From Geosiphon pyriformis uo1 (lineage: Eukaryota > Fungi > Glomeromycota), in NCBI GenBank assembly GCA_016748015.1, contig JAAOMT010000631.1, positions 46,283 to 84,854 of the forward strand: DNA of 38,572 nucleotides, in the 5' to 3' direction. Numbering within the stretch: position 1 is the stretch's first letter; each line of letters begins with the position of its first letter. Both the position numbers and the translations under genes were made by a program. Of the stretch, positions 1-12,933 are shown piece after piece. Under the pieces are notes generated by a model. It had not been told where the DNA came from. It saw only the letters and a program-made list of their open reading frames with translations, and did not search any database.

Positions 1-479
1 TAGAACTGTTCATTATTACTTATAGGTATTTTGAAATTCAAATCTGCTTTATTATCTAAATGTTTTATGTTGCCAACAGAAATTTTAAGTTTTTGAGTTA
101 AACTATTACTAACAAAATCAGAAACAAGTTCTTTAGTTAACTTTTTTTCATTATATTACATCATGAATCTAAATTTTTAAAAACAAATTTTATTATTAAC
201 AAATTATTTAACAAATTAATTTGTATATTCAAAAATCCAATTTGAATTAAATATTTAACAAAAAACTTTAAGCTTTATTTATTAAAAAACCAGATTTTAA
301 AACAGTAATAAAAAGTTTCAAGTTTTTAAAAACATAAAACTGGTTTAATTTTTTAATTATCTAAAAAATAATTGTAATTAAATTTTAATAATAAATATAC
401 AAATATTAAAGTTTAATATTGAATATTTATACACATAAAATCAACGAAAATGATACAGTAGTAACACCATTGGCATTAC

Positions 480-2257
480 TTTTATGGTGTCAGTTACCCT
501 CCTTAGGCGTTCTGGATTTTTTTGCCTTGTGTGGAGTGTCAATTGTCTTTTCTGCCTTGAAAAGATTTGGGGGAGGCGTTCCAGCAGTTTTGCAAAGTCG
601 GTCTATCTTATATGTCAAATTGTTTATCAACCCCTGAAAAATTAACTGTTAATAAATCAAGTATTTAAAGTTCTCAGCAAAAATATTATTTACCCACAAA
701 TCCCAAGCTAATTGAAGTACTACCCTCAAGTTGTGAAAAGACGTGAAAGTCAAGGGAAGAAAAAATGTCCTGAGGAGGCGGAAATAGTACATATCCTGCC
801 TTTCCATCACGTAAATCCTGACATCAACCAAATATGTCTAAGAAAAAATCAAAATGCATGATCATTTCCATATCAAAGTTCAAATCAAATCTTATGTAAA
901 AATTTATTGATTATACCTGAATTCCTATAATATAAAGGTCAACGGTGTCAACTTGAGCAATATGGAACTTGTGATGTAACGTGTCCAACATATCTTTCAT
1001 CATTCGCTGCAGTTGGAATTTATTAGCCGCAAGTTTTGTGATGTCGGAATTGTACGGCCCGCCACAGGCCAGCAAACACAGCAATTCGTGATTTTCGTAC
1101 ATACACAGTAAGTCAGCCAGGTGGGCATGTGCCACGGTTGCTGTTAATACATCTTTGTCATGATTGCGACGAACCTGTGTTGCATGAACTGAAATTTCTC
1201 CCCTGAAACACAACCAACTATAAAGAAAGTTTTTTTTTTTTGGAAATCACGTATATAATTTAAAGCAACTTACCATCGAACGTGGCAAAATCCATCGAGT
1301 TTCAAAGTGCCTTGCAACAATGGGACAATATAATCATCCATCCACTCTGTTTCATTACACTGGAATTCTAGTGGGTTTTTGACCACTTCGAACGCATCAA
1401 GGCTATGAAGTAGGAGAAAGGTAGTTCCAAAAGAATGATAAGTGAACTTATTTTTATGAATTTCAGTTAGCAACTAATTAATTCAGAGTTGATTGTGATT
1501 AAATTCTTGGATTTGCTGGATTAAGGATTCGAAATTGAGTCTTTTATTCTGTTGATTATAATCAATCTTTTTTTTTCCTATTTGTGAGTTATCAACACAT
1601 AATCGTTTATATAAAAAAATAGCTCACAATTGGCTGATGGCACGTCCAGCTCACCATAAAATCTTTTCCCATTGATCCTCACTGTAGGAAAATCCATCGT
1701 CGTGCAGGGGAGCAGGAAGATTATACAATTCTTTCCACCTTCGTCGAGCCAACGTTAAGGTTAATGTTGTTCTCTTAATTTGTAAAATTTAGAATTAGTA
1801 ATGTAAACTGGAAACATTGGATAATATTTGTTCTCACCTGAATGCTGATGGGCCCAAAGAGCTTATTGGTGATTTGTTCAATCTCATGAAAGTATCTCGA
1901 TGTCCTTGTGCGTCTGTTGGTTAAAATCCTAGCCCATTGATAAGAAGTGAATTCCTTAATAATTTTAGATGTGGGAGTCAAGTCTAGGATGTAGCTGTGA
2001 GCCGAACTGAGTGAGAGATAGGAAAACAAAAAAAGTGGAGATCAGACTAATATTTACGAAACATCCCATAATATTGCTTCTATTTTACTCACTCGAATTT
2101 GGATGTTGTTCACTTTGCACAATATTTCTCAAGGACAGATTCTATACTTGACGATGATGCTGATATTGGCACAGCAATTATATCTTCCCTATCATCTATC
2201 ATAGTGACCGAGTGTTTTTTTTTGTTACCGACTTTCTCTTTCTTCTCTTCCTCTTCT

Positions 2258-2292
<35 letters not shown>

Positions 2293-2928
2293 CTCTTCTT
2301 TTTTTTCCTCTTCTTCTTCTTTTTCTTTTTCTTCTTCGATAATATTTACCACAGCCGTTGCTGTCCTTCTCGTCAATCGACGTTCAATGGCCGTCAATGT
2401 TGGAGATTTTTCACCAGAATATGAATTGCCAACCTCAGGATTTGTCCGGGTAATGATTTTCAACATCTCCTGGTCTTTAAGAGTTTGTTGCTGTTTCTGC
2501 CACCATTTGGTAACTTGTTCTGGGATATTACCCTTCAGATTTAAAAAGTAAAAAATGGTCAGTTTTACATTAATAATAGAGGTCGGTCACAACTTATCCA
2601 AATGGCCAAGACAGCCGCTCCTTGATGGATTGGCCCTATTTCGATTAGCCCATGGACAAAAGAGACTGCCTGTCATAACAGTGTGGGCAAAAGAGACTGT
2701 CCTGCCATAACTTTATGGTCGGGTGTAGCTCTCACTCACCTGCCTCTTATTAAGTTTGATTGCCAAATTTAGTCATCTTAAAGACTCGGGGGTGTTGTCT
2801 TTGTCACTTTTATATTGAGAGATGATGGCTTCTAGGGTTGTATGAAAGCACTGATGCTATCTAAACCATCTCTCATGAATTAGCAACCCAGTTTCAGTAA
2901 AAATATCTTCTTTTTCCTTTAGCCATGA
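480..2928 (-). pseudogene. Multi-exon pseudogene of a Glomeromycota-expanded putative PD-(D/E)XK/REase-fold (Crinkler-like) protein family, with an acidic low-complexity N-terminal part
   Basis: GT-AG exons join in frame: ...EKYCAK*TTSKFD|SAHSYILDL...ISIQ|RTTL...KILW*AGRAISQF|LDAF...NETEWMDDYIVPLL...RW|GEISVHATQVRRN...HLADLLC...MMKDMLD...IGIQ|...VRIYVMERQDMYYFRLL. Examples are exon 1402-1274 and the exon starting at 1202. Premature TGA codons occur at 2110-2112 and 1651-1653. Family call is from motif recall (HSxIxD, NE, WGE, D, MKDMLD). Both ends are approximate. Confidence 0.65.
2236..2338 (-). repeat. (GAA/GAG)n trinucleotide run encoding poly-Glu/Lys
   Basis: Visible TCT/TCC repeats on the + strand; ORF 2110..2466 translates to EEEKEKEEEEEKKEEEE... 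Confidence 0.9.
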
Positions 2929-3468
2929 CAAAAAGTTAATTTTACTCCAATTTTCCAGATTCTTCTCTGCAAAATAATCTGATCAGAAATGCGAATGAAC
3001 AAGATAAGATAGTGACTAATTTTCACAGAAAAAAGACAGCTAGCATTCTCAAGCTACCAAAATATTTCTTTGAGGGCGACATTGTTGAATAATAGGTAGT
3101 TGTATGTAGAAAGCATGTTGTAAAAAAAAAATACATTCCAAAGCTGATGATTATTTTATTTACATTAATTACTATCATGTGATTTTCAATACATATACAT
3201 TAATTTATCAAAATTGTTTATGATTCAATATAAATTAAAAATGATGCTAATTAAGACTAATATACTTATTCTTATGTCAAAATTAAATAATTTCTTATGT
3301 TATTGCTTGATTTAAAAAGCCATAAAAATTAATCATAATATGATCACTAGAAAAAAACCACTTATAATATCATATTAAATTGCATTTACTTTACTTTTAT
3401 GATGATGTATTATTAGCGAATATTAAGCATATTAAAGATAAGTGAATACATATAATGACACTTTTTGT

Positions 3469-5049
3469 AAAACAATTATTGTTTCTATAATTGTTATAAT
3501 ACTATAAAAATTAATATATGATTTGATTATTAGTTAAGTATTTTTTAATTTTGTTTAATAAACTTATTAAATTATTTAAATTTGATAATTGCTAAGTTCA
3601 CAGTTTAAGTGTAATTCGCTTTTTGCTTGGCCAATTTAAAATTTCTGGTCAGTATAACTATTATTTAAAAATTACTTAATATAATAAATATACTTTTTAG
3701 AAAATACTATTGTATAATTTTCTAATAAACTGGTTTAAAATCTGAAATACTGTTTATTAATTGGAATTAATAACTTGAATTTGATAAAAGTAATAATAAA
3801 AACATCTTAAATAAGTAATAACTGCTTTACTATCATCTTAATTTATTAATGCTATTATTATTATTAAAATATTACAAAAAAGTAATTTTGTCAAACTTTA
3901 ATATTATAAATNNNNNNNNNNNNNNNNNNNNGTTTGATTTTTTAATTATTAATTTTTGTATTTATAAATATTATTATAAATAAGTTAATAAAGTTTAAAA
4001 CAGTTTTATTAATTAGCAGTTTTTTTGTTTTTTTTAAATCAAATAGAAATATAGTAATAAAAATATTATTTTCTATAATTATAACAAATAAAATAATATT
4101 TAATGTGTTTAATTTCAAAAAATAAATAATAAACTAATTTTTTGATATAATAAAAAAACTTAAATAGCTTTAAAAATTTGAAATTATAAATGTGAATTTT
4201 TTAAATTTTTGATGTATTGTTTTTATTATTAATTAGTATTATTAAAAATTGGTTGATAAGTAATTATTGTTAATTTTCAATTATTTATTAATATTTAAAT
4301 TAAAAAATTTTATTAGAATAGTTATTATAATTATAATTAAAAATAAAGTACATATATTATTAGTTGTAATTATAATTAAGATATTAAAAAATAATATTGA
4401 GATAATTGGTATTATTTTTATAAAGCTTCAAATCTATAATTTAAAATTTAAAATCAATAATTAAAGTTTTAATATTGATTTTTCAATTGTTAATTAATTA
4501 ATTAAAATTTATAATTAACTTTTATGTTATTTTGCTTGCAATAATAGTTAAAAGTACAAATTTTTTGCAGTCATAGTTAATTTTGTAATAAATATAACTA
4601 ATTTGAAAAACAATTATTGTTTCTATAATTGTTATAATACTATAAAAATTAATATATGGTTTGATTATTAGTTAAGTATTTTTTAATTTTGGTTAATAAA
4701 CTTATTAAATTATTTAAATTTAATAATTGCTAAGTTCACAGTTTAAGTGTAATTCGCTTTTTGCTTGGCCAATTTAAAATTTCTGGTCAGTATAACTATT
4801 ATTTAAAAATTACTTAATATAATAAATATACTTTTTAGAAAATACTATTGTATAATTTTCTAATAAACTGGTTTAAAATCTGAAATACTGTTTATTAATT
4901 GGAATTAATAACTTGAATTTGATAAAAGTAATAATAAAAACATCTTAAATAAGTAATAACTGCTTTACTATCATCTTAATTTATTAATGCTATTATTATT
5001 ATTAAAATATTACAAAAAAGTAATTTTGTCAAACTTTAATATTATAAAT
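3469..5049. repeat. ~443-bp near-identical direct repeat (3469-3911 and 4607-5049), first copy ending at an assembly gap
   Basis: Offset is 1138 bp with about 3 substitutions by eye. Copy 1 ends exactly at the N-run. Confidence 0.9.
3912..3931. other. Assembly gap (20 N)
   Basis: Run of n characters. Confidence 1.
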
Positions 5050-6373
5050 TAACAATATTTTAAAAAGAGTAAGAAATTATTTGTAATATTCTTATATTTT
5101 AACTATTGGCAATAATTGATTTTTCTATATTGTTAAATCATAATTAAGTGTTGTTTTTTTGTCAATAAACTTTTAAATTTTTATAATTAATATATAAATT
5201 ATAGTGTTATTAGTAAAAAAAAATAAGCTCTTGATAATAGAAATGTTTCAAAAATTAATAGTACTAGTAATAAATTTATTGATACAATTGGAAGTAAGTT
5301 TTTTTGTTCTAATATTCCAAAATTTGAAAATATCAGGTTTTTAATAATTAAATCTAAAATAATTTTCGAAGTTTAAATTATAATAAGTTTTAAATCAATT
5401 TTTTTGTAATGTTTTTTTGATTGTTATCTTGTTTTTTTGATTCTGTATTTTTCTAATTACTAAAAATCTGAAATTTGGTGACAGTAAAAGTAATTGCAAT
5501 AATAGAAATATAGATGATTTTAATCAAAATTCTTTGAAATACTTCTTGTATTTTTTAAGTAATCTGGTATTTTTGATGTTGCTTTAAACCAAAGATCTCT
5601 TTGTCTTTGTAATAAATAATAATATAATTTTTAATGGAATCTGAATTGTATTTTCTGAAATATAATAATAAAATAGTTTTAATAATAAAATAATTCTTAG
5701 CTTTTTTTATAAAAGTACTATTATTTTCTTTAAAATTGCTATTGGTATTTGTAATAATAGTCTAAATATTGTATTATTCATAATTAGTGGAAATTTTTTT
5801 TGAATGTAGTTATTGATTTTTAAATAGATTTCTGCAAAAGTATTCACGAAAATATATGATTGATAATAACAATTATTTTGTTTAAGCTTTTTACAAAAAT
5901 CTGCTTTTATGAATTCTAAGTTTACTTTTTTTTTAAACTGTATCTTATTTTTTCATTTATGTAGAAATTAAATACAAATTTTACTGAAAAATAATTAATG
6001 ATTAATCCCAAATTTTTTTAAAATAATTTTGCAAATTCCAAGTAGTTGATTTCTGTAAATTCTGATTTTGTTACTTTTATTAAATGATTGCTAATAATGC
6101 TTTGTTTTTTATGAATTATATCATAAAATAAGCACCAAATATTATGGATAATTATATAATTTAATAGTCTGTATATTAATGCTGTAAATTAATAATGTAA
6201 TATAAAACTTTTGATAAATTTAAAATTTTTTAAAATGGAGCTTTTTGCATAATAAACAGAAATTTAAATTGTAATAATTGGTAATACTCTGTGTTTTACT
6301 TTTTTGGCATGATAACTAGTTTATTTTGGTGTTTTTTAATTTTTTAGTAAGCAATTCAATTATTAATATGTTA

Positions 6374-7704
6374 CACTCGGCCGAAAAAAGTCATGAGACA
6401 CTTTACATTTTTATTATTTTGTGTTCTATGAATGATCAAAATATCTATAAAAATTTATTTATAACTATATTAGCTATCTATAAATAGTAAGGAATGTATT
6501 AAAATAACAATTATTAATCAAAACAAAGACATAATTAACAATATTTATTTCGCGTTTTTTTATCAACATAAAATTTTTCGGTTTTTTTTTTGATAAACAT
6601 GAATATTCAAAAATCAAAAGTTCAAAGGAAAGAATTAAATGATTTTGAGCGTACTAAAATTATATTCTTACAGAAGAAGAAAAATCTGTACGTAAAATAT
6701 CAGACAACTTAATTATCCTAAATCAACTATTCAAAATATACTTTCTCATTATAAAAAAACCAATACTATTGAATTCACACCCAGAAGTGATAGGCATTCT
6801 TTTTTTAATAAAAAAAACTACCAAAATATTACAAAAAACAATTAAGAAGAATCCAAAAAGTACTCTCAAAGAAATTCAAGAAGATTTCAATAACAAAAAT
6901 TTTAAAGTTTCAACAAAAACTATCGGTAATTATTTACACAAGATTGGTCTTTACTCATGAATTGCTGCAAAAAAAACCATTATTAACTCAAATCCAACAA
7001 GAAAATCGACTTAATTGGTGTATTGAACATTCTCTTTGGACAATTAAAGAATGGAATAAAGTTATTTGGAGTGATTAATCAAAATTTTGTCTTTTTTCTG
7101 ATGGACCTCAAAAAGTATGGAGAGAAAGAAGAACAAGATTTAACAAAGAAAATTTATCACCAACTATAAAGCATGGTGGAGGAGGAATTATGGTTTGGGG
7201 ATGTTTTTGTGGAACTGGATTAAGTCCTTTAGTTTTAGTAAAAGGCATATTAAATTGGTTTGGATATATTGATCTTTTACAAAAACATTTATTACCATGG
7301 ATTAATTATAAATTTTATAATAAACATTATTTATTTCAACAAGATAATGCCCCAATTCATACAGCTAAAGACTTGGATGGCTCAAAAACATCTCAATTTA
7401 CTTTCTAAATGGCCAGCACAATCACCCAATTTGAATCCAATAGAGCATTTATGGGATTATTTACAAAAACAACTCAAAAAACGAAATCCGCACCCCGAAA
7501 ATAATCACAAATTATTCTTCGCGTTACAAGAAGAATAGCAAGCAATTCCACGAAATATCTATATAAATTTGGTTACTAGTGTATCTAGACGTATTGAAGA
7601 ATGTATTAGAAAGGAGGGTGGACCAACAAGTTATTAGGTATTAAATAAAATAAAAAGTTATTAAAGAAATAATAAAGTGTCCCATGACTTTTTTCCGCCA
7701 AGTG
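6374..7704 (+). mobile_element. Full-length but defective Tc1/mariner DNA transposon (1331 bp)
   Basis: 32-bp TIRs: CACTCGGCCGAAAAAAGTCATGAGACACTTTA (6374-6405) and TAAAGTGTCCCATGACTTTTTTCCGCCAAGTG (7673-7704), with 3 mismatches. TA flanks both sides (6372-6373 and 7705-7706). Confidence 0.95.
6599..7637 (+). pseudogene. Tc1-family DDE transposase, disrupted by frameshifts and stops
   Basis: Reads MNIQKSKVQRKELNDFERTKI at the N-terminus, then VIWSD*SKF, KHGGGGIMVWGCF, FQQDNAPIH, WPAQSPNLNPIEHLW and ...GGPTSY*. It is split over several frames (ORFs at 6769, 7190 and 7260). Confidence 0.93.
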
Positions 7705-10700
7705 TAATTCTATGCTTATTCTTGCATTTTTTACAAAGCAATTTATAATGTTGTAAGTTCAGTGTTTTTTCTTAATAAATTAGTTTAAAAAATAACACAA
7801 AACAAAAAAAGACATAAAAATAAAAGAAATAATAAATTTAAAATTAGTATATTATTAATAGTTATGATTAAAAACTATTGTTTTAATATTATTGAATTTT
7901 TTGAATAAATGTTATTAGTATTAGTTGCTTGAACAGATTTAACGTATTAAATATAAGTAATTTTTACAAGATAAATAGTAATTTATAAATTTAGATTGTG
8001 AATAATTATAGTGATTTTATTAGAAAAAAATTTGCTTCAAGTGGTAAACTTAATAATTTTTGAATAAATAGTTGATAGAAAAATTGATTTTTTTGCTTTT
8101 AATATTATCATTATATATATATATATATATTTTCATAATATAAAATTCCTGAAATTAATAATAATATTTACACTTTTTTTGAGTTATTATTGAAATTTTC
8201 AAAATTTTTTCTGGTATTTTTGATATTATATTATCTGATAATTTCTAATATATAATTTATTAATTTATGTTATATTTAATTATTAATTTTTTTTTTCTAT
8301 TATTTTATTAGTAACAATAGGTAAAAAATTGTTTTCATTAGTAAATAGTTTTAAAAAACCACCATTTTTTTAAAATTCCCAAAATTTATTAAATTAACTT
8401 TAAATTAAAATATAAAGTAGTCAAAGTTATAATATTAATTATTGATAAAAGTATTTTAGTAAACACTAATCTCAAAAAATCAAAAATATATTTAATTAAG
8501 TTGTAATTGTCAAAAAAAAAATTTGAATGTTTTTAAAAAAGTAATTATTTTAATTTTATCTAAATTTAACAAAGTAATATTAATTTAATTACAATTAATA
8601 AGGTTGTAATAGAAAACTATTATAGAATTTGTTAAATTAAATTAAACTAATTTATTAGCTTTTAAATAATTTGTTTTAATTAGTAAAAGCTTAGTTTATA
8701 TAACCAAAATTATTTGAAATATAAGTATTTAAAAACAAATAAATAAAATCAGAACTTTATTATTTATTTTGTTTATAAACATTATTGTATATAATTTTAA
8801 GAATTTTTTAAAAAGAGCTGGTAAAAAAACTTGTATTATAAATTACATATTTATTATTTATAATAAAGTAAAATATATTACTATTTATTTTAAAATTAAA
8901 AAAATCATTAAAAAAATTATTATATTTTTTTGATATTATAAAAATTATAAACACTATAATTATATTAAATTCAAATATAATTTTTTTAAAATTAACTTAA
9001 AAAATTTATTAAATATATGTTTTTAAAGATTAATTAAAGCTAGTTTGTTAGTCTTTATATAAAAAAAATTATATCTTATATTTAATTACTTTTAATAAAA
9101 AGACTTAAACTTAAATAATTTTTTTAATTGTGTTTTTGGTTTTTATTAATAATTTGAATATATTTTTAAATAAAGTATTTTTCAAGTTTAAGTTTTTTAC
9201 TTTAAAATTAAAATTAAATATTCTAAAAAAAAATTTAGAGCTACTGTAAATAAAGTTTCAAATTTTTTTTTTAGATTAAATGTTTTATCTTTAACTGTTT
9301 TTTTTATACAATTTTTAATTATAGTTTTTAAATTAAATATAATTTTGGATGTTTTTTTTGAAAAAATATTAATATGTTAACTTTAAATCTTAATGTTTTT
9401 GTTTTTTTATTTTTAAGTTAAGTGGTTTTAAAATTAAATTAGCTAAACTTTTAAGTTTTTTAAATTAAATATTATTTTTTCTATAAATAAGTCTTAAGTT
9501 TTTTTAATAATAAATTTGATTTAAAAAATTGCTATATGTAATATAAAAAAAACAATTTTGTTAAACAAAAAACATTGTAAAATAACATAAAAATGCAAAA
9601 AATTTAATATTTATTGTTACTAAATCGAAATTAAGAAATCAGATTAGGCTTTATATTATAAACAAGTTTGATAAGATAAAAATCTTTATTTTTGGTCTGA
9701 ATTTTAATTATTTAAATTCTAATATTTAAGTTATATGTAGTTTAAAACACTTAATTTGCTATATTGTTCTAAATAGTAATTAGATTTTACTTATTAAATC
9801 GATAAAAAAAAACATTAAAACAATCAAAAAAAATTAATAAACTAAAAATATTAATATTTAAGAGTAATATATAACTTTTTTAAAAAACTTTTTTAAGCTT
9901 AAAAAATAATAATACCATATTTTTAATATTAGTTAAATTAAAGAAACTGGTAAATAAAACATGTTTAATCATAAATTTAAGCAATTATATTATTAATTTA
10001 AAAACAGTACAATCAAAAAAAATTAAATAATTTGGTTTAAAAATATATTAAAAAAAAGAAATTATTTTTTTATTTATTAAAATTAATTAATATACAAATT
10101 AGTAAGTTTTAATTTATTACTAAAAACTTTATCAAAAATCTTAAGAATATTTTACAAAAAGTTATAATAAAAACAAAAACCAATTTAAACATTAAAAGAT
10201 TTAACAAACTTAATTTTAATAAGAATATTTAAATTTATGTTGTTTTTGATAATTAATTTTATATTAATAAAACTATATAAGACGAGTGGCTGGTCACATG
10301 TAAGTCACATTTAGTTATAGACACTTAGTTTGTTTATGTATACTAGACAGTGATTGGGCCGCACTCGATAGTATTAAATACCAAAGTAAAAGTTATTAAA
10401 TTAAATTTTTTTTAATAATTAAGAATTGTTTTTTAAATATTATTAAAACAAATAATATTTTTAAAAAACAAAAAAAAAGCTTTAATTTTATCTTATTAAT
10501 TTAAATTTGATAAGCAAATAAGATAATAATATAATTGGTTAGAATTACATATTACAAGATAATTTGTTTGCTTTTAAAACCAGTAATAATTAGCTAGAAT
10601 TTAGCATATTAAAGCGTTATTTAAAATAAAATTAATTATTAAAATTAGTACTAATGTAAAAACACCAAAAAAATCAAAGCTATATTATTTTAAAAAAGAA

Positions 10701-10840
10701 TAAGCTTTAAGTTAAGAAAATGGTATAAAAACATCAAAAAAAATACTGTTTTCTAATATTTTAAAGAAATTAACCTTATATTTGATAAAAAAAAGAATTT
10801 GGTTTTTACTGTTTTTGTTTTTTTTAGTTATTTAAACAGC

Positions 10841-11115
10841 AGGACAATTCGAAACTCCAACTTGATTACTCATACAATCGATGATAATTTAGAACTTGGA
10901 ACAATTCGAAACTCTGACTTATTTACTTATATAATTGATGATAATTTAGAACTTGGACAATTTTAAACTCCAACTTGATTATTCACAAGGTCAGTAATAA
11001 TTTAAAACTTGAGATAATTCAAAACTCTGACTTGATTACTTACACAATTGATGATAATTTAAAACTTGGGACAATTTAAAACTCCAATTTGATTACTTAC
11101 ACGATTAATGATCAT
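10841..11115 (+). repeat. Tandem array of about 5 x 57-bp units
   Basis: Units start at 10841, 10898, 10955 (56 bp), 11011 and 11068. Consensus is approximately GGGACAATTCGAAACTCYRACTTGATTACTYACACAATYGATGATAATTTARAACTT. Confidence 0.92.
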
Positions 11116-11979
11116 TCTGTTAAATAAGTAATATTATATTATTATATAGCATTTTTAGTTATGGAAATATTGGTTTGCTTTACTGCAATTTTACCAGAAT
11201 TAGCAGAATTTAAACTAAATCTAGCATCTAAGATAACTCATACTGACACTAAAAAGTTATGGATTATTGGGTATCACAGGTATGAGTTATAAACATAGGA
11301 AGTTTTTAACTACTAAATTAGTAGATTTAAAATGCAATTGCTTATCACAGATTATGAATTATTTCAGTATAGATTATCTCAAGTTTGACTGTAAATGCAA
11401 AACATGCTAAAATATGTTAAGTTATACAATTATTTTTTATGAAAAGTCTTTATATAATAGATTTTAAGATTAAAAATTTTTTCTAATTGGTAAATTCAAA
11501 TTGAATGTACTTATTAAGATGCCAAACTAAAACTGTTTTAGTTCAATTCATATTTCGAGCTAAATTTATATTAACATATTTTACAGCATATTCTAATTTC
11601 TATTTTGCAAATCTTATTGAATTATACAAACTTTTAGCAAGTCATTGAATATTATCTGAAATTATTCTACCATTAAACACAAATTATTTTTTGTAATTCT
11701 AATCAGCAGAAGATTGATTAAATTTGCAGTTTTGCTGGCCAAAATAACTGATTTTTTACTTATGTTTTTAAATAGTTTAATGTGTATTATAAAAAAAATC
11801 AAAACATTTTAAAACCTTATTAGAAAATAGAAAATTTTAACTTTTATAAATATATTTGAAGTTTTCATTTCTTAAATTTTTTTTTAATAATTTAGATAGT
11901 TAATAAAAATATCCCCCCATTTTTTTTTGTTTTTCAATTTTAATTATGTTTCCTTTTTATGAATATCTTTAAAAACAAA

Positions 11980-12340
11980 GAATATGGGATAAGCATTTGA
12001 ATTTCATCTTGGACACAACAACAACATAGATGTGAAAAATTTCATTTTGCTCTAAAAAATTCGGAATTAACATAATTACTATTTAAATCTTTACTCACAT
12101 TAAACTCCATATTTCAAAATGTAAAAAGGTATTCTTCTTTCATCATCAACACTAACAAACATAGCTGTTTAGTAATAATAAATTTATCAGTCACAGCAGG
12201 ATTAATGAGAATTTTTGTACTAATTGGATATTGTGTTTCGAAATAATCATAAATAGTGCTTTTAGGTAATTCTAGATTTCGAATATATAAGATTTCATTA
12301 CTAATATAGTAATTTGAAAATTGAATTTGCAAATCTTTAA
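11980..12340 (-). pseudogene. Decayed coding relic of unknown identity
   Basis: ORF 12114..12332 continues protein-like past TGA stops (…YLFTF*NMEFNVSKDLNSNYVNSEFFRAK*NFSHLCCCVQDEIQMLIPY). The stops are consistent with CGA>TGA. Confidence 0.35.
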
Positions 12341-12933
12341 AATTTTGCTTGAATTTAAATATCCTTGTTTTAATATTATTCTCTATACGATTCGCTTATT
12401 TTAATAATTAGTTTGAAATAAAAATATTGTGTTTTATTTATCAAATATGCATACATATTAATTTTTTACTAAGAATGGATAATGTGCATCATTTATATAA
12501 TTATTGTGTATCTGAAAGAATTATATACAAATTCAAGATAAAGTTTATCTATAAAAGAGATAACCTATTAAAATCTTATCTTATCTTATAATACTGAAAT
12601 GTCAGACATTTAATTAATATATTATAGATAATCCTATCCTGATAATATTCTTCAAAGAATAAATAAAATAATTATATTTTAAAAAATTTCTTATCAGTTA
12701 GGTAATATAATAATAAATAATAATAATAATGAGCTTCCCCACAATGATTTTTTCATAAACTATAATAATAAATATTTATGAAATATCTTGCATAATATAA
12801 TGGTAATATTAACTATATTTGATTTTAAAATTTCTGATGATAGAATATTTAAGAATAAAACTTGGAGTAAAACTAAAAAACCAACCCATTCAAAAAAATT
12901 ATTCTGCAAAGAAAAATAACTTTTTTTTAAAAA

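Larger units (their letters stand above)
3469..6371 (-). mobile_element. Heavily mutated LTR-retrotransposon gag-like relic
   Basis: The minus strand near 4700-4900 (and its copy at 3560-3760) reads TVFQILNQFIRKLYNSIF*KV...ILTRNFKLAKQKANYT*TVNLAI. This resembles the 'QILNQFIRGL...ARDFE.AE.EANH.QAVNL' gag segment I recall from Glomeromycota retroelements. Boundaries are approximate and the relic probably continues beyond the Tc1 insertion. Confidence 0.5.

Noticed and set aside
2099-2551. Poly-Ser and poly-Phe ORFs on the + strand
   Set aside because: These are antisense readings of the Glu-rich repeat.
4267-4464. Ile/Lys/Asn-rich 65-aa ORF
   Set aside because: Compositional artefact of extreme AT richness.
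10841-11115. CRISPR-like array
   Set aside because: The units are contiguous degenerate repeats with no unique spacers, the context is eukaryotic, and there are no cas genes.
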